Below, one piece after another: positions 23,501 through 37,223 of a stretch of DNA of 64,000 nt. The notes beneath the pieces are model-generated. The model saw nothing but the letters and a program-made list of their open reading frames with translations, ran no database searches and was not told the DNA's origin. The stretch is from Raillietiella orientalis (taxonomy: Eukaryota). Every line of letters begins with the position of its first letter. Position 1 is the first letter of the stretch. The stretch is from positions 558,001-622,000 of the forward strand of contig JAYWIR010000002.1 of assembly GCA_036172245.1 (NCBI GenBank), read 5' to 3'. Position numbers and translations under genes: made by a program.

Positions 23501-25594
23501 CTCCAGGACGAAAACTCCTGAAATGAAAACAGTGAGGGCACCGGATGTCTCGACTCAATCGATCGGAAAGAAGAGAAAGGAGCAACAGAAACTGCTTCCA
23601 GACCTCTTCCGATTGTGGGATGCTGAGTGTCCCTGAGATGTTTCTGTGGGATCTTCCGGCACAGTTTTTCGATTTCCGCTCGGGATCCCGACACTAACGC
23701 AACCACGGAGCTATGTGATGTAATGTAACGTGGCCAGAGAAGAGAACGGAATCCCAGCAGAGTTTTCAGGAGGGGACGCGGGAGTTTTGAAGATCCTCTG
23801 AAATTTCAGTACGAGCGCGCAGCTAATGACTGGGCCCATTGGCGCTCACGTTTCGTCTTCAGGTTTCGCGAAGACCAGCCGGGGATCTCCCGGCGAGGGA
23901 CCTTTGCCTGGAAGGGAGCCCGTAGTTCTGGAATTCCAACGGGAACCTCAACACCCTCCGCTTGAGACCGCAAGCGCGACCCGAAGCGCTGCTTTCGTTC
24001 CTTTCAAGTACGTCGAGCGACGCTTTCCTGGAAGCCGTTCTTCCCGGAAGAAAATTCCGTCCCCCCCTCCCTCTCTTTTGAAAACAAGCAGGAAAAAAGC
24101 AGCATCAGATGCCACTTTTTCGCCGCGGTTTTTCGAATAAACAGCAAGCTGGAAAGATTCACTCGCAGATCTACCCCACTTGGAAAATTTCCTCGTCGAC
24201 GCCTACGTGGTTGAGGTTTTCGCGCGTAGCATCAAGCGTTTACGGGTTTGAATCTCCACCCGAGGAAGGATAGACGCCGGGAAATGCTCGCGGCGTCGTG
24301 GGTTTCGAGACCCCTTCCCGGCTGTATGAGGCTGATTGGCCTATTCGAGTGCGGCACTGGCGGAAACAGCCAGAAACCGGAAGCCCCCGTCGATTGGCCG
24401 GGACTGGAAGTCGGCCTTACGGGGTCCATCCAAGAATTAAGGAGCCGTTCCCCTCCGGTTGTGAAATGGAGCCCTCTCTCCCCTCAGGGGAGGATTTGCC
24501 GTCGCGTACCAGGGAGATGGTTGATGCCCCCTCCGGAGTGTGGCTTCTCCAAAGCGTAAAAAGCGCTCGCAGCTCCCTTCAGAGAAATCGGGAAGCGACC
24601 TTCAGGGTTCCACTCCGGAGATGAAATTCCAAGAGAGGGTCCTTCCCGGACGTTCCTCCGGAGAGAGTAAGGAAGAGGTTCCCTTTCAGAGACAACCAGG
24701 GCGAACCTTCGCCCTTCGGAGTTTCCCTCCCAAGCGTGAGAGGAAAGGACATTCCTTCCTCCGGAGCCTTCCTGGATTCATAGGGACCCTCTAGGATAAC
24801 CCCCTATAACTTGAAGAGTTGCGCGCACCTTCGGGTGACGTGGACAGAGTTAAAGAGCTTCGTGAGTCCCCACAGAGAGGCGAACTGTCCTTCAGTACTT
24901 GACCAATCAAAAATAAATCTCCTCTTGTCACTTCCAACGAATGACATCTTTGGTCTTCTAAATGAGAATGATCTTTCCGGATGAGAGTTGTCAAAGCATC
25001 GCCGCTGAAGCTTCCTGTCATTTCCTTGCTCGACTCCAGGGTGATCCGCAGTGGTCTGCCCCATGAGCTGAGAAGCTGAGGAGAGGCATCTTGCCGATGA
25101 GGGTAGATTAAAGAACCTGCCGCGTTGATCCACTGAATTCTGAAAGGTCCTGATGAATTCTTTCGCTGCAGCGTCCTTGGCTTTGTGACCTGAAGGCAAC
25201 CAGTACCCCTAAACTCATTCCCTGAGAGGGGTGCCGGGAGAATCAAAAGCAGCGGGGATTGGCGTCACGTAAATTCTGTGCCCTGTTTGACTTCCCGGAA
25301 GAGTTTTATTACGTCCAGTTCATTAAATGCGCAACCTGCTGACGTAAACGTTCGGTCAGCCTGATCCGGAAGTGCTACGTGGACAAAAATTTGGCTGTTT
25401 GCTCTGGGTGCTGCAGGAGTATCCAGAACGGCCGGAGTAAAATGGAATCCCAGAAAGGATACTTTTCCAAACTCCCATCTTGATGAATCTTATCAATAGA
25501 ACGGATTTACCAAGTAATGCCATGGTCCTTCGTTTCATCGATATGACATCCTTGGTGATCTCGAGGTGCGATTAAAGATTTCGTGGTGTGATCG

Positions 25595-26410
25595 GTGTGG
25601 TTCTTTCGCAAATTCACGTCATGCGTCATGCATATCAGCAGCTTTGAGGTTTTCTTCCCTACCTGGATGCTCAAGCATCCAGGTGGGGGCCTTGAGCATT
25701 CGTGGCTTGCATTTTTTTTTTCTTTCCTGTAGAAAATGGAATAAATGGGCCTACGAACAGATGCGATCTGAGCAGGGGTCAAAGAGCTTTTCTTGCGGAG
25801 ACAAAATTTCATTCAGCTACCAACGTTTTGGCACAGATCTCTTGACATGCAGAGGTTGCGTCCCTTTCAAGCCACGAGTGTTCTCCGCGGCCCTCTGGTC
25901 TCCAGGTTGTTGGTTCCGCAATGCAGCACTTTCCAGAAATTTCTTCTTGAAATGATAAAAGCTCTCACCAAACACGAATTGTCTTTGGTAAGGCATCCGA
26001 GCTGAGCTCCTTTTTCATAACTCCCTCGATCACTCTCACAAACCCAGCTACCACTGGGGTCGCAGACTTTTGCTTCTTGCATGTTGTCCACATCTTATTA
26101 TAGCTTCCTAGATTATACTTCGACTTCATAAAGGAAAAACATCACTTAGTAACCATGAAAGGTTTAAAAAGAAAAAACATTGGATTACTTGAGAAGACAC
26201 TCAAGAAATCATTCAACTATGTCGTTTCAAGAGTTGGAGCACCTACCTCATGACTGTTTTCATTCCCTACATGTGAAAGAAAAAAATGCTGGAACACATA
26301 CAAAGCGGGCCTTCAGTAAAGTTCTTCGTCGTCTTTCTTAAAGCACTTCAGCAGATAATGGGAAGTCGATGCTATATTGATTTCGGATGAAAGAATATGC
26401 ATCTTGAATT
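25595..26410 (+). mobile_element. Possible heavily decayed P-element/THAP9-like transposase C-terminal relic
   Basis: Ordered motifs across frameshifts: FFRKFTS...EVFF...GGGLEH (25595-25700), GPLVSRLLVPQCSTFQKFLL (~25890-25950), LVRHPS* (~25985-26005), FPTCE (~26263), CYID/FRMKEYA (~26370-26402). The order mimics TRKFSQDxLExFF..GGxNxHP / YxAGxVxRKL..CxxC / LxxPS / PxC / YxxxRxxxY. By eye only. Confidence 0.3.
25657..25688. repeat. Short inverted repeat / hairpin
   Basis: ACCTGGATGC-TCAA-GCATCCAGGT (25661-25684), extendable by CCCT/GGGG pairing. Confidence 0.85.
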
Positions 26411-29400
26411 AAAGACGAAACTCATAAAGAGAAAAAATTAGAAAGCGATAGGAAAAGCAGCCGACATCTCAGAAGAGGAGTCACAAGACGGAAGAGCTTT
26501 CGAAGAAGGCATAGAAATTGATGAGTGAGGCAATGGCGATCGGAAAAATTTACCGAGCGAGCGAGTCTTCTTGGATTCTCTTTTCTGCGCCACACGGATC
26601 AAAAATGAGGGAGCACCTACAATCTCCTTCTCATGAAGTCTCCTGGAAGATAGAATTAATTAACCCCTCATCTCCCCCTCCCCTTTCCTCTTTGAGCGCA
26701 TCGGAATTGGATGTCCATAACTTATTTGTCGGCGGATCCCTACATCCGAACCCTTTGAGCTGGCTTTCCTCTTTCCGCAGCTCCCGTTTCGAACTGAGGA
26801 ATAAACAGACGTTAGAGAGAGGACACGGCGATCACTTTATTTTTTCAATTAGGCCATCACTCCCGAGTTCGTGGTTCGGCTTTGCTCCCCTCCGAGTAAG
26901 GGGACCGGCAGGTTACCAGTGCCATTTGCATACTGAAAGGAAGGGTATACATTTACCGTCACCAGGGTCTGCAATGTTGTCGGTGCATTGGGACTCGAGT
27001 TCACTGATCCATTCCTTCTTCTTGCTCCTCTGCATTCCAGTCCCTCGCAAGCACGGCTGCAGCAGATTCTCTCGTTTTCCTTCTTTTCCTTGCCTTGGAA
27101 GTTGTTGTGATGACGCTGTTTCGAAGAAACAGTTCATCGTAACTGACTCGCAATGGGGAATCTTTTGATCAGAGAGAATAGATGTGCTCTTAGCGTTTCC
27201 CATGGAAAACGAGTGGAGTGTTAATCGAGGATCCGTCACCTATGATCCTCGCTAATCTGGCAAGAATCTAAAAACCAGATCCCACTTTCCAAGGAAACTC
27301 CTCGCTCCGCGGAACTAATAGGATTGCAGAGTGCATCCAGTTGCACGGGAACTTTGGGGAATTAAATGATTGGAGAATCTTGAAATTTCCCGATCCATTT
27401 CTCCATGAATTTTGGAGGAATTTCGTTGAGAAACAACAAGCAAAACAAACACGAGCCACGCTCACATCAGCTGGATTCAAAGTTACATATCTTCTCTGAA
27501 GAAGACTGCAAGAAAGCAGTGTGCTGCTTTTCCCCATTCCGTGCTAGTAGGTGCTCCAGTGTTTTCCAGACGGATTTTCTTCTCTGAGAGAGGATAAACA
27601 CCAGTTAATACAAGTCCGTTAGATCTATGGAGAACCCCACACTCCAATGGAAGATAATTTAGAATAATCTGGAAAGTGCTTATTCACTTAACCGATCCCC
27701 AGCGTCTGCAGCAGTCACCACTCGTGGCGGACTACGTACCCTGCTACTCCTCCATTCGGAGTTTGCTTCAGGGTGAATTCTTGAAACATTAGACCTTAAT
27801 GACTTGGAAGGACATCTTAAGAGAAGGAAAAATCGAAACACGTTTATGAGGGGTTGTACTGACTAAAGAAGCTTTCAGGGTGCTTTCTCTTTTCTTCTGC
27901 TTCCATGCTTTCGTTGGTGTGCTAACTACTCCCAGGCTTCAAGAAACCGCGTACTCCCGGGTGCCTTGCTCTTTCGAACGACATCCAATGGTTTCATTTT
28001 TTATTCTTTTTTGTGGACACGGCACTGCACCTACACCATCACTTCTGTAGGTCTTCTTGGCTCGCATAGTAATCTCCAATGACCATTTCTGCTTCTTCAG
28101 TCTTTATCCTCTCTGCTTGTGATTATCTCCAACTTGTTATAAGGGGTTGCTGATCGATAAGAACCGTCGATGTATATTTTAACATCTGTGACCTCAAAGA
28201 GGGCTCTCTCTAATCTTCAAAGCAGATGGTCAGCTGTAAGGAAGGATTGCCATGGCCGCACAATGTTGAAAGCGGTTCCAACTAGAGAGAATGAGTACCA
28301 CGTGAAGGAACACTTTGTGCCTCGTCTCGAAGGATTTTCTTTTTTTGCTGTTGCTGCCTTCAGCATTAGTCGCAACATCCCAATGTGAGACTTCGCATGG
28401 ATACCATCAATAGAATGGAACGAGAGCACATTTTGCTTCAGGGCAACCACTGACTCAAAGGTGATGGAATACATAACAACAACACCAGATTCTTCCTCTG
28501 TTTCCCTCACGCATTGGAAGGCTTCCCCTCTGTGAACTTTCAGGTGAACTTTAGGTGGCAAGCAGCTCCATGGGGTGGGCCATGCATGACGCACGGATTT
28601 TCAAGTTCTCGTGGACCACTTGTTACTTGTCTCAGTTGAGTAGGAGGTCGCGCAAGAAAAGTTCAGCACATGAAACGTGCATGGTAGTGAAACCTCTCCG
28701 GGCAGAAGTCGTCGTCAGTCTGATGGAAGACTCATCCAGAGTGTTCCTACCCTTCTCGGGAAGCAGTCGAGATTGCGAATCTCCCGATACCTGGTTAGCG
28801 CTAGAAAAAAAAAAAAAAAAAATGCTCTTCACCCATGGCTTTTCTTGAGAGTTCTTTGGTCCGAAACATCTTAGGAATGCAGAGAACCGGCGGCAAGAAG
28901 CTTCAAGCTGCTGATGTGCTGCATGGGGGTTTCCTTGTCGGCAGGAATTACATCCATGAACAGAGTGTGCTAGGCGTCGTTTCCCGAACTCCTGACCCCC
29001 CGTTTCTGTCCAGCAGGTGTCCAAGTTCAAAGCTCTCCGTTGCTTCGGTTGGTCGCGATGAAATCTCAAAAGAAAGGTCTGCGGTGCGCTTCCGAGAGCC
29101 GCCGGGCAGTCGCCGAGGGAAGTTCCATGAGTTCAAGCGCGCAAGTCCCGGAGTCGATTAGCGGCTTCCTGCTTGCCTCCTCCCCTCCTTTCTCCCTCTT
29201 CCACCGAATCTCCCAAGGAAACCACTCTCTCAAGGCCGGGAATTCCTCCTCATCCTTCTTCGCTTCCAGGCCGACTGCAGCTTGGCTCTTCAGAAGCATC
29301 CTGGAACCTGGGAAAGTCCCAGTTTGTCACCATCGCTCCGTCGAGAGCGTGACGTCTCGCTTTCAATGCACGGCCGGTGTGGCGCGGCTCCCGACCACGC

Positions 29401-32400
29401 CCATTGGCATAGAATCCTGCAGCCGAAGTCTCCTGCGCACGTGCTAATAACGCGCGCTACTCGGCCCTGCGCTTGAAAAGTACCGGCGCTGCTCTCCGTC
29501 GCCTCTGGCGTTTCAAATATTCAGGAAAATAAAAAAAAAAAGGGCGCTGCTGTGACCATAATTCATCATTTAATCATTTTCTTTTTTCTTCTTCCACCTC
29601 CTCTCCAACCAGAAATTCTTCAGCTAACGATACTTTCATTTCCATCCTTTTCCATTTTTTTTTTCTCCAGCAAAAAAAAAAAAAGAGCTCAAGATCACGA
29701 AACAGATCATTGCAGGTATCTCACGTCTTGCGTGAAGCTACCTCAAGTTCGATCTCGCTTTTCGGAAAAGAATTCCTCTCGCAGCCTTCAAATTCTCCTG
29801 ATCTTTGCGCTCCGAAGAAAGAAACAGCCATCAAGCTGATTCGTTTGGCTTCCTTCGAAGTTTCTCAACTCTTCCGAGCACGATCCAGTTTTTTCCTTCT
29901 TCTTTCCTTTGAGCGTTTCTTTCCCCCCCCCCCCCTCCCCTTTTGTTTCTCCCTAGAGAAATGTCTTCTTTCTGGAGGGTAGTTGCTTTTTTTCTTCTAT
30001 CCACACACACAAGCTCCAGCAGCCAGCCAGAGGGAACCGAGAAGATGCGTTTCGAAGGGGCGCTTCAACATCGCAGTTCGGTCCATTTGATAGTCCTATG
30101 CATGCAGGTGGGGGAGCGACTGCTGGCGGGTCCCCGAAATGACGGCCGCGCGCCCTTTGTGGCAGAGCACTGCCGGCGAGGAGGGAGCAACTGTCAAGCC
30201 CCAGAGAGGAGGACACGGGCAGGCCGTGCGGGTCGTTGCCATGGAACCCACCTGCCCCTGCGGTGCGCCTGCTACGTCCTGCCGCAATTCAGCAGCACGT
30301 GGGTGAGGGGTCCCCACTGTAGAGGCAGTGGACCCACTCCCTGAAGACCCTTCCCGAGGGGGCAAGGGGGCGTCCCTCGTTTCGAGGGAGGCACGGTGTA
30401 CTGTCAAGATTACGGCGTGCTGGCAGCGAAGGGGAAGAGCGGAGGCTTCGACCAGGCAGCCAGGGACTTCCAAGGGCACTTCCAGGGAAGTCGCTCTACC
30501 TCGTTGGGCGCGGCTTCGTTTGGCAGTCGGGGGATGGGCTCGGTAACCTCCCCAGAGAGAAAGTTAATCTAATCCTGGAGGAGAACTCGCCCCTTTCTCC
30601 TCTTCCCACCGACGCAAGAAGGGACGCGTGGCGCCCCGGGGAAGCAGGCGAGCATCGCCTGCGGGATCCACCGAGAGGGTCCTCCCCAGGATGCAAACGG
30701 TGCCGCTGTTCGGGAAGGATTAGGTCTCTCCAGGAGGACCCACGTCCCCGGTGTTTCCCGCTTTCAAGCGTTTTTATGCTGTGGGCGGCGAAATGTCCTC
30801 CATTCGCGTCCTCCAGCAGCGCCACAGTTGGGATGGGAGGGCGAGAGGTCTCTCTCCCTCTCCTTGCCCACGACGCGCGGCAGCAGTAGCAGCAGCAGCC
30901 TGATCCTCTGATTCGCTGCAGATGCCGTTCTTTTTCTTTCGCTCTGGCAGTTTCTCACCGCTCTTCTCGCGGCGCGGCGGTCCATTGAAGAAGCGGAGTG
31001 CCGCCAGCTCTCCTCTGCCTCTGGAAGGACTCGCTCGAGCTCCTCCTCTCTCCTCCCCCTCCTTCTCCACACGCATACCGAGTTCTTGCGCATGCGCGCG
31101 AGCGAGAAAGGGAGGGAGGAAGGGCGGCACTGAAGCCGCCGTGCGAACCGCGGCCACCGCCGCGTACGTCGCGCCCTAATTCGTAGGGCACCTGGCCAAG
31201 CCTCAGGTGCCCGCCCCACCACCTACACCAGTCTCGCAGCTGCCTTGCTGGCTCCACACGCACCTCCAGAAGCGTGTGGGTGCCACTCCGGAGGGTGCTA
31301 CCGCTGCTGCTCCCGCGTGAGGGCGCGTGGCGCTGCTTCCGGCGGAGGTGACAGATGTACACTCCGGAGCTGCCCTTCCCCTTCCCGCGTTGTCACTCGA
31401 GAAGGAAAGGGAGGGGAGAGCGATCCCAGTAGCAAGGAGATCGACCGGGAGGAGGTTGTAACAGAAAGGGCCTCCTGGAACAGTGGCGCTCTTCCTCTCT
31501 GGGAAGCGCCGTCTTAGAGAGGAACCGCCCGAAGGAAATGTTCCCTTCTTGCTCCCTTCTTCCCCTGTCCTTCATCTCCTGTCTGCATCCACGTGCGAGA
31601 GTGCCGTTACGTTCCCCTCCGCCTCCTCACCGCTCCCGATCTCGCTCCCGAAGCCTACGGATGCGATCCAGGGATGCGGAAACACGCCCGGGAAAAGTGC
31701 AGCCCGAAAGAGCGCCTGCGGCTGCTGCCTCTTCGCTCTCCGAGGAGCACCCGGAACGGTAGCGATGGCGTGAGATCGTCTCCCGTTTCTGCCTCCGACG
31801 TCCCTGTCCTGTGCCGGTGGTTTTTCTCAGAAGCCCTATTCCCGCATACCGTTCCACCCACGGACGTGGACGCACGCATCTTCCGAAAAGGAATCTCACG
31901 GGGGTGTTTGCTGCTTCCATCGAGATCCGCTCCGACGGGGGCTTCAGGCGGCTTCAGGCAACATGGCGTCCCCAAACATTCCAGCACGCTTTCTTCCTTT
32001 CGTTCGTCAAGACCTGAGGGAACTGCCTCCCTTTGATGCGGGAATGCGAAAGGCAGGAAGGGTTCTGCTCCGGTGGCTACGTGGAGGCTTTGGACGCTTG
32101 GACGCCGCTCCCCTCCAGGGTCGGTTGCTCCAGGAGACGAGCAGCTGAGCACTCCTTCGTAGCTTCCAGCTTCCATGACCATTACCTTGCTGCTCATCAG
32201 AATGTCCACTTCTGATGAAATTCTCTCTGACATCGAGTTCTCCCCGCAGTGACAGCTTCGCTCGCCACAATCGACCCGCTGCTGGAGTTCGTGGATCCGT
32301 CAGCTGGAACTGAGTTCGGGTAAGCAGGACCCCGACTCCTTGCCCGCTTTGATCTCGTGATAGGTCGAGGTCATCCGTCCCCCTCCCAGAGACCCCCCGG

Positions 32401-35400
32401 ATCATTTCTTTCCCGTTCTTTATACGACGAGCTCCAAGCTCATCCTGAGACGGGACTCCCGGGGGAGCCATCAGCCGCACCAGATGGGTAGATTTTTTTT
32501 TTCCCTCCTCCCGTCGACCCGTCGGCTCGAGGCCAGTCAGCCCGTCGGGTTGCTGCGGACCTCCTCCAGAGGTCTTTCAGGTTTCGTCCTGAACGGCCGT
32601 GTCCCTCCATCTAGATGGACCGAGGTGTACGGTAATTCTTCTGCGTGTCTTCCCATTCCCACAGGGATCATGCAGCAGCAGCCTCGGAGGAGGAGTTGGA
32701 GGCGGTGCTGGCGGTGGTGGCAGAGATCCTGCCGCTGGAGGCAGACTGGGTGCACAGCCACGGAGCATTCGCACCGATCCGAACAGCAGCCGGGCGCGCA
32801 GGCGCGGAACCCCGACTTCGAAAGCCGGCGCGGGCTGGTGCGCCGCCCCTCCTTCCTCGCCAAACGCCCCCACTCGTGATAGGCGGTGCAAAAAGGTGGA
32901 AAGGGAGGTGGGATTGCTCCATCCTTCACCGTCCGCGCCTCAGGGAGGCGCCCGTCCAGCTCTCCTCCTTGCTCCGAGAGACCAACAAACAGCTCCTCCA
33001 CTGACGGTTGCCACGCTGACGCTTGCTTGCAGCCGGAGGGAGGCCAAGCACCGTTTGTTCCTCAGCGCGTCCTCCCCCACCGGCCGAGAGACGGGTCTCG
33101 GGAGAGAGCCATGACAACGAGGCAGACGCTCTGCTTTCTTGATAGGAGGAAGGCGAGCCGTCCACAACGGACGAATCTCCTGCCTAGAACCGGGGCGTTC
33201 CGGAAGGAACCTGAGGAAGATCTCTTGTGTTGCCTTTCCGCGGATTCCAAGGAAACACAGGAAGCGCCGGTTCGCTCGCTACCAAGAAAGGGAATGAGGA
33301 GGAGGGGGGAGGGGGAAAATTTACCTCCCAATTTATCCACTCTTGATGCTTACCCTTTCCGGGCTTCCTCTCGCGCAGCATTCCAGGATACCTTCTGGAA
33401 CGGATGAAGCGTTGTCTTGCAGACTCCTCTCTCCCCCCCTTTCCTCCTTGCTGTCATCGTTCTTCTTTGCCACCCTTCCCCCCCTGCTTTCCCGAAATAA
33501 CCGACCGGCTCTCTTCTGGTCCAGGTGAAGACGTTTCCCTCCCTTTCCTCCTCAATCCACCGGGACGAGATTCTCTTCCTTCTGCGCTCACTCCCCTTCC
33601 TCCTCCTTTCGGTCTCCCGGCCGCTCGGCAAATTACACGCCGAACGACGAGGAAATTCCGAATCCAAGGAAAGCGCACTCGTCTCCATGGCAATTACGGG
33701 CGGCCGGACGTGCGCGAGAATGTGGTCGCGGATCCTCCCAGCGGCCGCTGCGGCTGCCCCTGTGTGCGAAAGATTTATTGGCGAGAGCGTCGTCGTTGCC
33801 AGGAGACGCTCCGGAAGCCTCTCGAGCTTTCGACGCGCTCCTTCTGGACCCAGAAGCAAAGAAGAAGGGGTAGAAAGGGGGAAGAGAATAGGGAACCTAC
33901 GATTTTTCACCTTCTTCCCTTCTACTCCCTCCCCTTTCCCGACGTTCCCTGCGCTCGCTCCCTTTCTCAGCATTTCCCGGTAAACTTCCCTCCTCCCCCT
34001 TCTGGGAGAAGCCAGTCAGGCGCTATTCGGAAAGCCTCTCTCCACCGGCAAGGGGGAGGATCTCCACACTGAAACGCGCGATTGGGTCCAGACCCCAACG
34101 GGGCGAGCAGAGCGTGGGAACGGAAAGGAAGCAGGGAACTGGGTGAGCCCCCAGGATAGCGGATGCGAACCTACGCGGAAGCTGTGGACTCCTGCTGCCG
34201 ATTTGCTTGAGGAAACTCATAGAGGAGGAAAGGAAGGGGGAGTCAGGGAGCGAAAAGGAAAGGAACAGTGACTACCTCCCACTCCCTCTCGGAGCACCCT
34301 TTACTTCCGGTCGCCGAGATCCCACCTGCCGGAGGCAGGAAGGATCCCCCCACTCAGTCCACTCCCTCTCCTCTTTCCATAGATAACCTTTCCCGGAGCA
34401 TCCTTATCTTCTCCTCCCTTCCCCCTCTCCAGGAGTGAAGGACTAGCGCCACTCCCGATCTACAACCTTCCTCCGGGAAGAAGAGTTGGGGAGGAAGTAC
34501 ACCCTCCGCTCACCCTCTCCTCCACGGTTCCTTCAGGAGATCCGGGAATCCCTTCCACGGGATGGGGTCCACGGGAATCGGGGACCACTTCGGCACTCGC
34601 CCCATCACAGTAGTGGATGGGGCGGGAGGAAGCAGGGACGACAGTTCTCGGAGGATTCTTCCCGGAAAGACCTCCGGCCTCTCCGGTAGGAAGCAGTCAA
34701 GAAGAGGTGCGGCCCTACGTAACGAGATAGGAGGAACCGCGCCGTTGTCCAGGGAACGCAGGATCTTTGGCGATGGAGAAGTTTGGGCAAGCGGCGAGGG
34801 CAAGCCACCCGCCCACCCCCTTCTCCGTATAGATCAGGGGTCCATCTTTCGCTAGGAGCCCTCGCGGTCCCAGTCCCATCTCACGAGCCAGACGAGCGTA
34901 TCAGTGCGACCTCACGGAAGGGCAAGTAGGGAGAATTCCTCTACCGCTCCTCACCCCTTTTCCTTCCAGTCCGTTTCCATTCCTCCCATCTCCTCATTTC
35001 TCCCTCCCTTGGAGCGTTGCCACGCCAGGAGAATGGCTCAAGGGAGGGGGAAGGGAGTGGGACGGATGCCCGGGATAGAGCCCGCGAGGGTCGGACAGCG
35101 ACTGCGGGAGTGACGCCCCACCGGGCTTCGCTACTCCTTTTTTTTCCTTCAGTGGGATCAGGAGGAGGAAGAAGGGAAGGAAGAATGGAAGAGAGGAAGG
35201 AAGCGGAGGAGAAGGCGTACGGTCTGTCCCTGCGAATTCTCTCGGGGAGGCGTGCTTGCAGCCGCCTCCCCCTCCCTCCCTCGACAGGTGCGTCTTTCCC
35301 GAGGGCACCGTCTTCCCCCTTCCTCCCTTTTTTTGGCTCCTCGTAGAACGACTGTGGAATCTGCGGCTCCCACGTCCGCGGGGGAGAGAGAGTAGTTCTA

Positions 35401-37210
35401 GGACGTCCCGGGAGGCAAGGTCAGGCACCACCCTAGGCAAGCTCCCGCTCAGGGACGAGACCTTCCGCGCGCTCCCCGCCAGAGGCGTCGCTCACGAATG
35501 GGAAGGTCCTTGCGGTCGAAGACAGGAGGGACAGGGCTCCTCCTTCGACCTGCTTTGACCCCCTTTTGCATCGCTCTCGCTCCCTCGGTAGGTCCAGTCC
35601 CTCCATCCATCCCCACCCCTGGTCTCCCCTTCCTCCCACCTCACCTAAGTAACGTGAGGCTCGACCCGTACCACATGCGCCTGCTCGACGTCTGGGGAGG
35701 AGAACGGAAACAAGTCCCGATTCATTGTCTTCCTCTGCCCCTCCCTCTTCCCTTCTTTCCCTCCTCTTTCCCTTCCAGCCCCTTTTCGACGTCCCTCGGG
35801 AAAACTCTTCCCTTTGAAATTGGTCTCTTCCCCTCCCCCCTCAAATGAGGGACGCTGACATCCGCAGCAGCGGCGAGACTCCTCCGCCTGTCTGCAGGCT
35901 CGCCCATCTCCATGACACAGAACTGGATGCTTCCCCCCAGCATAACGGAACCTCTCTTTCCAGCAGACTCCTCCTCCTCCTTCTAGCTTTCCCGCGTAAG
36001 GTCGTTTCCCTTGTCCTTTGCGACAGCGGCACGTCCCTGTCGTGAGATCTTTCCTAGATAAAAAGGTATGACCTCGGCAGAATTTCTCCGGATGCTAACT
36101 GCAGTGACAAAGAAGGGGGAAGGGAGGAGAGAGGGAGACCTTCCTCCTGGATCAAGAATCCGGAGCGTTCCCGTTACCTTGCGAAGAGTCCTTCAGAAGA
36201 ACTTTCGCATCCAGCGGCGGCGGCTTCCCTCCTTCCCCGGCAATGAGCCGCTCTATTCCCCACTGCCTCCCCGGAACCTCCTCGGGAGAGCGATGCCTCA
36301 ACGTCTCCTTCGCCTCCATCCCCGCGCGTCCGGTCCGGAGAGCGCGCACTTCCCATCAGCTGGGAGTGGCCCCGCGGCCTCCGAAACTACTGCCGAAGCC
36401 CGTTCGCTAGGAAGGAGGTGGCAGCTCGTAAGAACGAGAGAGGCTTCCCTGGGGTAGCAGAGGAGGAATGGATCTCCTTGTGGCTGACTGCCGCCTCTGC
36501 CGTCTCCGAGGCAACAGAAGCCGCGCCAGTAGCCCGAGAGGGGAGGAGGCAGAATGAGAGGGCGACCCTGAGTGCACACGTCTTGCCCCCTTCGCACCGC
36601 CGCTATCGCCTCATCTCACGCGGTCTCTCGAGCCGCGTGTCTCGCTCGCACCCCTTTCCCGGTGACCGCGGGTAGGAGGAGGTGGAGGAAGAAGGAGAGG
36701 CGCGCGTGCGCGCGCGACGGATAAGAAACTCCCGGGCTCTCTGCCGCGCAGAGATCACGACTTCGTGCCGCATTACCTCTCAAAGGATGAGGGACAGCGG
36801 CCGTAATAGATCTCTGCCGTCGTTAGCGGAGCAGCAGATGGTCGTTTCGTGACCGGGTGAAGGCTTCTTCGCACCACCTTATGCCGCTCTGATTGCGGAA
36901 AGCTTCCTCCTTCTAATTGGCCGATGACACCTCGCCAGCCGTTCCACCGCGAGCAGCCTTTGTCCTCGCCATTTTTTAATCAGTGGCTTCTGTGCTGCCT
37001 GAGCTGCGAGGGGGAGGCCAGAGACACTCCTCTCTCTCTCTCTCCTCGCCCCCTTCCTCCTCCTCCTTCCTCTTTCCTCGCTGCTTTTTTTTTTTTTTTC
37101 CTTCTTCCCCCCCTCTTCTCCCTTTCCGTGGTTCCCGTGGCGGACGACAGGAGATCACGACCGACGGCGAGCTAACCCGACCGTATTTCCCAATCGGTGA
37201 TGATGCACGT

Positions 37211-37223
37211 TGACCTCTGACCT
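37211..37223 (-). promoter_or_regulatory. Perfect DR1 nuclear-receptor element (AGGTCA-N-AGGTCA)
   Basis: TGACCT-C-TGACCT on the plus strand, followed by a degenerate third half-site CCGACC. The motif is seen directly; function is unproven. Confidence 0.35.

Noticed and set aside
28020-28270. Minus-strand VKIYIDGS (RNase H-like) and plus-strand LQSRWSAVRKDC (Myb/SANT-like)
   Set aside because: Two incompatible weak matches on opposite strands, and the downstream RNase H motifs were not found.
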